Shown here piece by piece: positions 28,296-36,123 of a stretch of DNA of 50,112 bases (the stretch's first letter is position 1; each line of letters opens with the position of its first letter). The notes beneath the pieces were generated by a model. It was given only the letters and a program-made list of their open reading frames with translations, was not told where the DNA came from and searched no databases. The stretch lies in the NCBI GenBank assembly GCA_036985995.1, contig BTQS01000001.1, positions 1-50,112 on the forward strand, written 5' to 3'. The position numbers and the translations under genes were made by a program. The DNA comes from Acidimicrobiia bacterium. Its GTDB lineage: Bacteria > Actinomycetota > Acidimicrobiia > Spongiisociales > UBA5794.

Positions 28296-29042
28296 TTGGA
28301 CACGAATCTGCTCCACTATCTCCCCATCATCTCGACCGTCGTCGCGACGGCCTTCACGATCGTCCTGTACCGCAAATGGAACGAGAAGCGATCCGCCCGC
28401 TATCTGATGTGGTGGATGATCGGCATCGCACTGTACGGCGTCGGAACCTTCGCAGAGGCTCTCACAACACTCTTCGGTTGGAGCGAACCGGTCTTCCGTC
28501 TTTGGTACATTGCCGGCGCACTGCTCGGCGGCGCACCACTCGCAACGGGAACGGTCTATCTCCTGCTGGCGAAAAAGACGGCCGACCGAATCGCGATCGC
28601 ACTCATCACCTACATATCGATCGCAGCGGTACTGGTGTTGGTCACGCCGCTTGTCCTCGACCTTGTCGAACCGAACAGGCTGTCGGGAGACGTGATCGCG
28701 TGGCGTTGGGTTCGCCTTCTCTCACCGCTCGTCAACCTGTACGCGGTTGTGTTCCTCATTGGCGGCGCGATCTGGTCCGCATGGAGTTACTGGAAGCGCG
28801 GAGATGCCCAGTCACGTGTGCTCGGGAACATCCTCATTGCCGTGGGAGCGATCCTTCCCGGCATCGGCGGCGGATTCGCCCGCGCGGGGGTCGTCGAGGT
28901 GCTCTATGTCGGAGAACTCATCGGGCTCATCCTCATCTGGTCCGGGTTCCGCGTCATCACACGAGACGACATTCGGTCGATCTACGACGCGCAACGTACA
29001 CAAGGTGTGGCGATTGCACAGCCATCAACAAGTCACGCATAG
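28296..29042 (+). CDS. Integral membrane protein, about 7 TM, unknown function
   Basis: 248 aa, hydrophobic throughout, with Trp/Tyr-rich loops and no motif I recognise. It ends 25 nt upstream of the hmuT-like gene on the same strand. Confidence 0.6.
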   Translation: MDTNLLHYLPIISTVVATAFTIVLYRKWNEKRSARYLMWWMIGIALYGVGTFAEALTTLFGWSEPVFRLWYIAGALLGGAPLATGTVYLLLAKKTADRIAIALITYISIAAVLVLVTPLVLDLVEPNRLSGDVIAWRWVRLLSPLVNLYAVVFLIGGAIWSAWSYWKRGDAQSRVLGNILIAVGAILPGIGGGFARAGVVEVLYVGELIGLILIWSGFRVITRDDIRSIYDAQRTQGVAIAQPSTSHA

Positions 29043-29067
29043 GCCAACAACCCTTAGGTAGAAAAAC

Positions 29068-30084
29068 ATGATGAAACACCGGATACTCCTGCTGCTCGTA
29101 GCGATCGCGGTTCTTGCAGCGGCCTGCAGCTCAGGAACCAACACTGCGACGTCGACCACGACAACCACGCCTGCCGAGCAAACGACCACGACGACCGCAC
29201 CCGAGGCCGCAACCACTACGGAACCAGCCACCGGTGAGCGGACATTCACCGGAGCGGATGGCGTTGAGACCCAGATCTCGGACATCTCGAGAATCGTGTC
29301 GCTCAACGGCGACCTCACCGAGATCATCTTCGAGCTCGGGCTCGGGAGCAACGTCGTCGGTGTCGACGTGACAACGACGTATCCGCCGGAAGCCGCAGCG
29401 CTCAACGATGAAGGCCAGACCGTTGGGTTCGCCCAGCAACTCGCTCCTGAGGCTGTGTTGCGGTTCGAACCGACGCTCGTTCTTGGTGACCAGATGATCG
29501 GCCCAACCGAGACCATCGATCAACTGCGCGCTGCCGGCGTTCCTGTTGTGATCCTCGCCACACAGACCACCCTGGACGGAGCACTCGAGAAGATCGCCCA
29601 GGTCGCACAGATTCTCGACGTGCCTGAAGCGGGCAAGGAACTCGTCGGTCGGGTCGCGGCGGAGATCGATGTTGCCACTGCGCTTGCCGCCTCGGCGAAG
29701 GGCCAGCCAACGGTCGCCTACATCTACACACGGGGACCTCAGTTGACGCTTCTCTTCGGCGCCGGCATGCCAACACAGGCGATGATCGAGGGCGCCAACG
29801 CTATAGATGCAGGCGTGGCGTCGGGTGTTCGCGGACCCGCTCCTGTGACACCGGAAGCACTCGTGGCGGCAGCGCCAGAGGTCATCGTCCTGCCGCGGGC
29901 TGGAATAGAAGCCATGGGGGGCCTCGAAGCGTTCAAGCAGATTCCAGGCATAGCCGACACGCCGGCGGGACAGGCTGACGCGTTCCTGATCTACGACGAG
30001 GCGTACTTCTTCAATCTTGGCCCTCGGGTCGGGCTCGCACTCAAAGACTTCGTCACAGACCTCTATCCAGATCTCGCCGGTTGA
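29068..30084 (+). CDS. hmuT: Hemin/iron-complex ABC transporter substrate-binding lipoprotein (class-8 PBP)
   Basis: 338 aa. Lipobox LLLVAIAVLAAACSS, then a Thr-rich linker. RIVSLNGDLTEIIFELGLGSNVVGV...EPTLVLGD is typical of HmuT/ChuT-type binding proteins. Confidence 0.7.
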   Translation: MMKHRILLLLVAIAVLAAACSSGTNTATSTTTTTPAEQTTTTTAPEAATTTEPATGERTFTGADGVETQISDISRIVSLNGDLTEIIFELGLGSNVVGVDVTTTYPPEAAALNDEGQTVGFAQQLAPEAVLRFEPTLVLGDQMIGPTETIDQLRAAGVPVVILATQTTLDGALEKIAQVAQILDVPEAGKELVGRVAAEIDVATALAASAKGQPTVAYIYTRGPQLTLLFGAGMPTQAMIEGANAIDAGVASGVRGPAPVTPEALVAAAPEVIVLPRAGIEAMGGLEAFKQIPGIADTPAGQADAFLIYDEAYFFNLGPRVGLALKDFVTDLYPDLAG

Positions 30085-31112
30085 CGACGACCGCTGACCG
30101 CCGGGACGTGGATCCCTTCTCGACGAGAAGGAGGGTCGCGTGGGGTGTCCTCGTCGTGGCGGCAGCGGGCGCAGCGGCCCTCGCTGTTGGAATGGGGACC
30201 GTTCCGATCGCGGCCGGCGACGTCGTCGCAGTGCTGGCGTCCAGGCTCGGGCTGGGAGATACACCTGGTGGCGCAGCCGAAGCCGTCGTATGGAACATCC
30301 GCCTGCCCAGGCTCGTGCTCGGGTTCACCGTCGGCGCTGCACTCGGCGTAGTGGGCGCCGTCCTCCAGGGCCTGCTCCGCAACGACATGGCCGATCCGCA
30401 CCTCCTCGGTATCGGGCCGGGAGCAGCCATCGGTGCTGCCATCGGAGCGAGTGCCGGGGGCATCCGCGGGGCCATCGCTGGTGGCGTGTTCACGGGAGTC
30501 CTGACGGCCTTCGCGCTGAGGCGCCTGGCATCTGGGCCAACTATCGACAGAACGAGGCTCATTCTCTCGGGTGCGGCACTCAGCCTTGCCCTGAGCGCGT
30601 GGGTCGGATTCGTCGTCTTCGGCGCGGACAGGGGGTCAATGCCACCGTTGGAGTTCTGGTTGCTCGGTAGCCTGTCGTCCGCGACCTGGTCGACAGCCAC
30701 GATGACCGCCGTCATTGTGGCGGCTGCGACCGTCGGGCTGTTCACCGCCCGTCGCACGCTCGACGTTCTCGCCCTTGGTGAACACGAGGCCCGCTATCTG
30801 GGTGTCGATACGCACCTGGTTGGGACGATCCTGCTCGTGGTGTCGGGCGCAACCGTCGGTGCTACGGTCGGTGCCGTTGGTGTCGTCGCCTTTGTAGGCC
30901 TCGTGGTGCCATTGATCATCAGGCTCGGCGTTGGACCATCACATCGCCACATCCTTCCGGCGGCGATCGTTGGGGGCGGCATCTTCGTCGTCTTGTCCGA
31001 TGTCGCTGCCCGGTCGGTGCTCCAACCGGTTGAGATCCCGGTCGGGCTTGTGACGGCTGCGATCGGTGGACCGGTGTTCTTGTGGCTCATCGGTAGGAGA
31101 AGCAATGTCTGA
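30081..31112 (+). CDS. hmuU: FecCD-family ABC permease (hemin type)
   Basis: 343 aa with about 9-10 TM. FecCD pattern: IRLPRLVLGFTVGAALGVVGAVLQGLLRN...GGPVFLWL. Its start overlaps the hmuT stop. Confidence 0.8.
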   Translation: MTTTADRRDVDPFSTRRRVAWGVLVVAAAGAAALAVGMGTVPIAAGDVVAVLASRLGLGDTPGGAAEAVVWNIRLPRLVLGFTVGAALGVVGAVLQGLLRNDMADPHLLGIGPGAAIGAAIGASAGGIRGAIAGGVFTGVLTAFALRRLASGPTIDRTRLILSGAALSLALSAWVGFVVFGADRGSMPPLEFWLLGSLSSATWSTATMTAVIVAAATVGLFTARRTLDVLALGEHEARYLGVDTHLVGTILLVVSGATVGATVGAVGVVAFVGLVVPLIIRLGVGPSHRHILPAAIVGGGIFVVLSDVAARSVLQPVEIPVGLVTAAIGGPVFLWLIGRRSNV

Positions 31113-31893
31113 CGCTTCCCTTTCCGCGCAGAACGTGTCATACGAAGTTGGCACCGCGCTACTCGTCGACGGGGTCGATTTTGCTGCACGGCCGGGCGAG
31201 TTCCTGGCAATCCTCGGTCCAAACGGTGCCGGCAAGTCGACGTTGCTCTCGGTGCTGAGCGGGGAACTCATACCCAGCTCAGGCTCGGTGCGCTACGACT
31301 CGACCGAGATCTCCGTGCTCAGCGGCCCGGAGCGTGCCGTGCGGAGAGCTGTGTTCTCGCAGCGCACACTCATCGATGTGCCATTCACCGCCCGAGCTGT
31401 CGTCGAGTTTGGACGGTTTCCCCATCGCCACGACACGAGCATCTCGCCCGACGAGAACGCCGAGCGGATACACACTGCCATGGAACTCACCGACACGCCG
31501 CATCTCGCCAGCCGCGTGTACTCAACCCTGTCCGGGGGTGAGCGGACACGTGTCGCCCTCGCGAGGGTTTTCGCCCAGGACACCCCAATCGTCCTCCTTG
31601 ACGAGCCGACCACCTCACTCGACGTGTACCACCAGGAACGTGTCCTCCGGATCCTTCGCACCTCCGCAGATCAGGGTCGAACGGTGGTCGCGATCCTTCA
31701 CGATCTCAACGGCGCAGCGGCATACGCCGATCGAATCATGGTCATGGCGGAAGGCCGCGTGCGTGCACAGGGTGCGGTCGCTGACGTGCTGGAACCGGTG
31801 CTATTGAGCGACGTCTACGGTCAGCCCATGGAGGTCATCGACCACCCGCTCAGGGCCGGCAAGCTGGTGCTCATCGACGACCGTCATGCCTGA
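31105..31893 (+). CDS. hmuV: Hemin-type ABC transporter ATP-binding protein
   Basis: ORF track 31066..31893. ATG 31105 follows AGGAGAAGCA and overlaps the hmuU stop. Motifs: GPNGAGKST, LSGGERTRV and LLDEPT. RAVFSQ...VPFTARAVVEFGRFPH is HmuV-like. Confidence 0.8.
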   Translation: MSDASLSAQNVSYEVGTALLVDGVDFAARPGEFLAILGPNGAGKSTLLSVLSGELIPSSGSVRYDSTEISVLSGPERAVRRAVFSQRTLIDVPFTARAVVEFGRFPHRHDTSISPDENAERIHTAMELTDTPHLASRVYSTLSGGERTRVALARVFAQDTPIVLLDEPTTSLDVYHQERVLRILRTSADQGRTVVAILHDLNGAAAYADRIMVMAEGRVRAQGAVADVLEPVLLSDVYGQPMEVIDHPLRAGKLVLIDDRHA

Positions 31894-33692
31894 TCCGCCG
31901 AGGCAACCTCGATGAGCCGGTACAGAGCTTGTCTCGGGTTGAAGGATCTATCTATGAGGCAATGGCGCGGGTAGTAGCCGCGGTCATGATCAACGAATCC
32001 ATCCAGGAACGTCGCAACATCACGATGGGAAATAGCTGCGTCGGCGGTGGCGGCTACGCGCTGTGCGACCGCATCGTCATCGGCGAATACTGAGCTCTCC
32101 GTCCCTCGTGGAAGTTCCACGATCGCCACGGCACGTCTCCCCTGCTCTGCGACAAATCCCTGAGCTCGATGAAGCCCTTCGTCGACGTCGTCTGTGTATG
32201 GGACGCGAAATACCACCTCCGAGAACATGCGGAGAGCGTCAAGGCGGAACCAGTCTTCCAGTTCGGGGTCGTCGTGCACACTGAACCCTGCCGAGACGAA
32301 GTGCTGCACAGCCGTGTCGGAACCGCCGATTGGCACGATCGGTGAGATCGCGAGGGTTACGCCGTCGATTCGAGCATCTTCGATCGAGGCAAGGACATCA
32401 CCGAACTGCCCGGATGGCGCGACGAGCTCCCACCGGTGCAGGTGGCTTGCAAGCGATCTCACGGTTTCGATGCTCCGTTGATCTGGCACACCGGGAGAGA
32501 AGACGCTGAACCGCATCCCCCGGCGGGTCAGGTTGATCAATCGCTCAGCGGCTGAGGGTGTGGACAGATCTCCGAGCGGCACACGGACATGCCGGATCCT
32601 GGCCTCCCAAAGAGCGAGGAGCGGCGCGTCGTTGCGAATTCGCTTGCGGGTGAACTCATCGAGACCGGCGGTGGGGAAATCGGTGACAGCCATCCACGCG
32701 TGCCGCATCGTGACCCCAAGGGGACTCTCCCACTCCCGATCGAGTACCGAAGCGAGTGACACAGGAAGGGATTGATCCGGCTCCACTGATCCGTACGATC
32801 GCAGTGGCATGGCATCGTGGCCTTCGTCGGTGACATCCACGATGAGAACACCGAGCTTGGGTGGATCATCCCTGCCGTTTTCGGCCTGAGGAGGTACCGC
32901 AGCAAGCTCGGAGTAGTCGGGGCGTACGAAGCCGGTGGCCGGCGCCACGTACAGGTCCGTTCCCTCGTGTCGGTTGTACAGGAAGTGATGTACGTGACCG
33001 GCGAAAACCGCCTCAACGTCGTGACGAACGAACAGATCGAGCAACCACGACCGACCCGGTTCGCCGAGGTTGTCGTAGTGCTCGCTTTCGTGTACATCGC
33101 GAACGAATGGTGGATAGTGAGTGAACACGAAGATTCGTTGTCCGGACGATGTCGCGGCCTCGAGGTCGGATACGAGCCACATCCGCTGTCGGTGCTCCCG
33201 GTCGAGTCCCGATCCCAACAGCTGGGTGTCAAGGATGACGAAATGGCATCCACGCACATCGAACGATCGGAACGACGGGCCCCATGCATCTTCAAAGGCG
33301 GGATAGTTCTCCTCCGCCACGGCAGGGACCGCTACGAACGCGTTGGGCTTGTCGCCAACGTCATGATTGCCTGCAACAAAGTGAACGGGATGACGCAGAT
33401 TCGCGTATACCCCACGGGCGAGATCGATCGCCTCATGGTGCGTAGCCTCCACGGGCAGCGGATGAACGATGTCACCCAGGTGCACCACAAAGGCCGCATC
33501 GATCCGATTGCACAGATCGACCACGAACTCGCTTCGTCGGACCAAGGATGCGTTCGACGGATAGGCGTCGACTTCCTGATCCGGTGGCCGAATATGGGAA
33601 TCGGCGATGACGATGAACCGAAATCCGCTCGTGCGATCCGGCTCTGATACGGAAGTGTTTGTGCGCGGGTCTATGGATTCATCGGATGCCAT
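31884..33692 (-). CDS. Calcineurin-like metallophosphoesterase fused to an unassigned ~300-aa C-terminal domain
   Basis: 602 aa. Motifs: IADSHI, LGDIVH, GNHDVGD, FTHYPPF and GHVHHF (class-III PDE-like set). I could not assign residues ~300-602, which alternate predicted strand and helix segments. The 3' end overlaps the hmuV 3' end by 10 nt. Confidence 0.8.
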   Translation of the reverse strand: MASDESIDPRTNTSVSEPDRTSGFRFIVIADSHIRPPDQEVDAYPSNASLVRRSEFVVDLCNRIDAAFVVHLGDIVHPLPVEATHHEAIDLARGVYANLRHPVHFVAGNHDVGDKPNAFVAVPAVAEENYPAFEDAWGPSFRSFDVRGCHFVILDTQLLGSGLDREHRQRMWLVSDLEAATSSGQRIFVFTHYPPFVRDVHESEHYDNLGEPGRSWLLDLFVRHDVEAVFAGHVHHFLYNRHEGTDLYVAPATGFVRPDYSELAAVPPQAENGRDDPPKLGVLIVDVTDEGHDAMPLRSYGSVEPDQSLPVSLASVLDREWESPLGVTMRHAWMAVTDFPTAGLDEFTRKRIRNDAPLLALWEARIRHVRVPLGDLSTPSAAERLINLTRRGMRFSVFSPGVPDQRSIETVRSLASHLHRWELVAPSGQFGDVLASIEDARIDGVTLAISPIVPIGGSDTAVQHFVSAGFSVHDDPELEDWFRLDALRMFSEVVFRVPYTDDVDEGLHRAQGFVAEQGRRAVAIVELPRGTESSVFADDDAVAQRVAATADAAISHRDVATFLDGFVDHDRGYYPRHCLIDRSFNPRQALYRLIEVASADQA

Positions 33693-33746
33693 TGTTCTCC
33701 TCGGCCGATCACCCTCGAGCGCGAACGGTACAGCACCGAGTGCCCA

Positions 33747-34586
33747 TTATTGATGGATCGATGAGCTCGCGAGATCGTGTTTCAACGTATGGGCGCCGGG
33801 TTCGACACCGAGAACTGACCCCTCAGGGACTTCAAGCCAGTTCTCATCTGTGATCGGCTCGGATGCCACGACGACCGATCGATACTCGTCATCGGCCGAG
33901 GGGCAATGTGATGTTCCGCATACGGCACAGTCGCGGATGCCGCGGCGAAATGTCCAGTAGAGCGAGTTCCCCCACCGGCTCGCTACGAGGTGCTTGCCGT
34001 CACTGAGTACGAAGTTGAGCTTCGGCTGTTCTGCCCCGGAGCGCACAGACAAATCGACGAGTTCGAGAACAGCATCTGACAGCATCTCGACGATCGGATC
34101 AAGGCTGTTTGCTTGCTCGTGCGGATCGAGTCCGTAGTCCGCCATCCGATTGAGCAGCCAGAGGAATGCGAGTTCGCTGTCGGTTTCACCGTCCGGAGGA
34201 CCGAATGGCCCGATATCGAGCCTCGTTGCGACGTGGTCAAACGCGCCGATCGTGCCGTTGTGGGCAAACGCCCAGGTCCCGAGTGTGAATGGGTGAGTGT
34301 TCTCTTCCGAAACTCGCCCGACGGTTGCCGCCCGCACGTGTGCGATGGCAGCTTCAGACCAGATCTCGGACGCGACCTCAGCGAACTGCTCGTCGGCGAA
34401 CGCCGGCATCGTGCTCTTGATGACTTCCCGGTCATCTCCTACCCAGTGAGCGATCCCCCAACCGTCGGCGTTACGAATGCCCCGCCCGTCCCGGTCGCTT
34501 TGAACCTGGAGCGCGTTCTGCGCAGAGACAAGACTGCACTCGAGCCGTGTCGGCTGCGTTGCGAGGAACCCGTAGAGACGACACAT
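33747..34586 (-). CDS. Class-II (Ntn) glutamine amidotransferase, YafJ/EgtC-like
   Basis: ORF track 33747..34820. The family needs an N-terminal Met-Cys, and MCRLYGF starts at ATG 34586 with AAGGAG upstream. DGWGIAHW is present. Confidence 0.8.
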   Translation of the reverse strand: MCRLYGFLATQPTRLECSLVSAQNALQVQSDRDGRGIRNADGWGIAHWVGDDREVIKSTMPAFADEQFAEVASEIWSEAAIAHVRAATVGRVSEENTHPFTLGTWAFAHNGTIGAFDHVATRLDIGPFGPPDGETDSELAFLWLLNRMADYGLDPHEQANSLDPIVEMLSDAVLELVDLSVRSGAEQPKLNFVLSDGKHLVASRWGNSLYWTFRRGIRDCAVCGTSHCPSADDEYRSVVVASEPITDENWLEVPEGSVLGVEPGAHTLKHDLASSSIHQ

Positions 34587-35004
34587 GGCAACTCCTTTCA
34601 CCCGTACCAACCGGAAGGGAGCAGCTCTCGAGGGGTGACTGTCGCCTCCGGGACTGTCCCAAAGCGGCACGATGTTGACATCAGACTCGATTGGGCGTAG
34701 ATTCCCCCGCCAATGAACGTTGCAACACACTGCGAGATGATGTGTATGGCGAACACACAGCCGGCCAGATCGCTCGCGTAGCAACGACACACCACCACAT
34801 GGAAGGATCTGCACCGGCAACCGGGGCGGGTCCTTGCTGTTTTCGGGGCATCATCCGCCCGGCTTCCCCACAGGTTCCGACGAGCCCGGGAGGGCACATG
34901 GCAATGGACTACCGATACGGAAACTCACCGATACGCACAAGGCAGGAACTGGTGCAGCAGATCACACTCGCGCACACGGCCCTCGAAAAGGCCCGCGCTG
35001 AGGA

Positions 35005-36060
35005 ATGATGAGGCACCACACAACGATTCCGGGAGTGTTCTCCCTCGAACGAGGAGGGACGCTCCGCGATATCGAAGTCGAGGTGCGTACCTGGGGCAAA
35101 CATCGTTCATCGGCGACGCTGATCTGTCACGCCCTGACCGGCAACGCTGACGCAGACGACTGGTGGGGTGGGCTCTTCGGCGCAGGACGGGTCTTCGATC
35201 CGTCTCGTTCGTTCATCGTGGCCATGAACACGCTCGGGGGGTGTTCCGGGACAACGGGACCCGCAACGATACAGGCTGGTTCCCGGCGACCGATCGGCCC
35301 GGACTTCCCACGCGTGACCATCCGCGACATGGTGCACATCCAGAGGGCCGTGCTAGACGAGCTCGGTGTCACCCATCTCGACCTCGTGATCGGCGGCTCC
35401 ATGGGAGGTATGCAAGCACTCGAGTGGGCCGCGCTCTATCCGGACCGGGTCGGAACGATCGTACCCATCGGTGTTGGTGTGGCGCAGTCCGCTTGGGCTA
35501 TCGGGATCTCGGAAGCTCAGCGCCACGCCATCGTGACAGATCCTGCGTACGCCGCGGGACGATATAGCTCCGACCTTCCGCCGGCATCCGGACTCGCAAC
35601 GGCTCGCATGATCGCGATGTGCTCCTACCGAAGTCCCCAGAATTTCGAAACCCGGTTCGGACGCGGCACCGATGCGGGCACGTACGCGGTGCAGTCCTAC
35701 CTCCGCTACCAGGGGGACAAGCTCGTTTCTCGGTTCGACGCGAACTCGTACCTGACGCTCATGGACGCGATGGACGGCCACGACCTGGGTCGTGACCGCG
35801 GTCCCAGCGAGGCCATCGTTCGTCGTATCACTCAGCGTGCGCTCGTAGTCGGGATCAGCTCCGATGTGCTGTACCCGGTGACAGAGGTGCGAGCGATGGC
35901 GGCTGCCATGCCGAACGCCCGATTTGCCGTGCTCGACAGCCCGAATGGGCATGACGCGTTCCTGATCGACACAGATGAGCTCAACGCGCTCATACAGGGT
36001 TTCCTGAGCGAAGCTCGACCGCCGGCGACGATCGACGACAAGGGCTCTGCCCGGGCGTGA
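35005..36060 (+). CDS. metX: Homoserine O-acetyltransferase
   Basis: 351 aa alpha/beta hydrolase. Nucleophile elbow GGSMGGMQALEWA, C-terminal NGHDAFL and an N-terminal FSLERGGTLRDIEV pattern are typical of MetX. Confidence 0.9.
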   Translation: MMRHHTTIPGVFSLERGGTLRDIEVEVRTWGKHRSSATLICHALTGNADADDWWGGLFGAGRVFDPSRSFIVAMNTLGGCSGTTGPATIQAGSRRPIGPDFPRVTIRDMVHIQRAVLDELGVTHLDLVIGGSMGGMQALEWAALYPDRVGTIVPIGVGVAQSAWAIGISEAQRHAIVTDPAYAAGRYSSDLPPASGLATARMIAMCSYRSPQNFETRFGRGTDAGTYAVQSYLRYQGDKLVSRFDANSYLTLMDAMDGHDLGRDRGPSEAIVRRITQRALVVGISSDVLYPVTEVRAMAAAMPNARFAVLDSPNGHDAFLIDTDELNALIQGFLSEARPPATIDDKGSARA

Positions 36061-36123
36061 TGCACATGCTCGTCGGGGCCCGGGCATCCTTCACTCGGGT
36101 TCCGATGAGGGTGTGGCGCTAGT

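Noticed and set aside
29131-30264. 377-aa minus-strand ORF
   Set aside because: It lies antisense to the hmuT- and hmuU-like genes. The Arg/Pro/Gly-rich translation has no motifs, so it is a shadow ORF.
34587-34820. 78-codon N-terminal extension of the class-II amidotransferase ORF
   Set aside because: Ntn amidotransferases need Cys at position 2. MCRLYGF at ATG 34586 has a good AAGGAG site, and the extension is Arg/Cys/His-rich.
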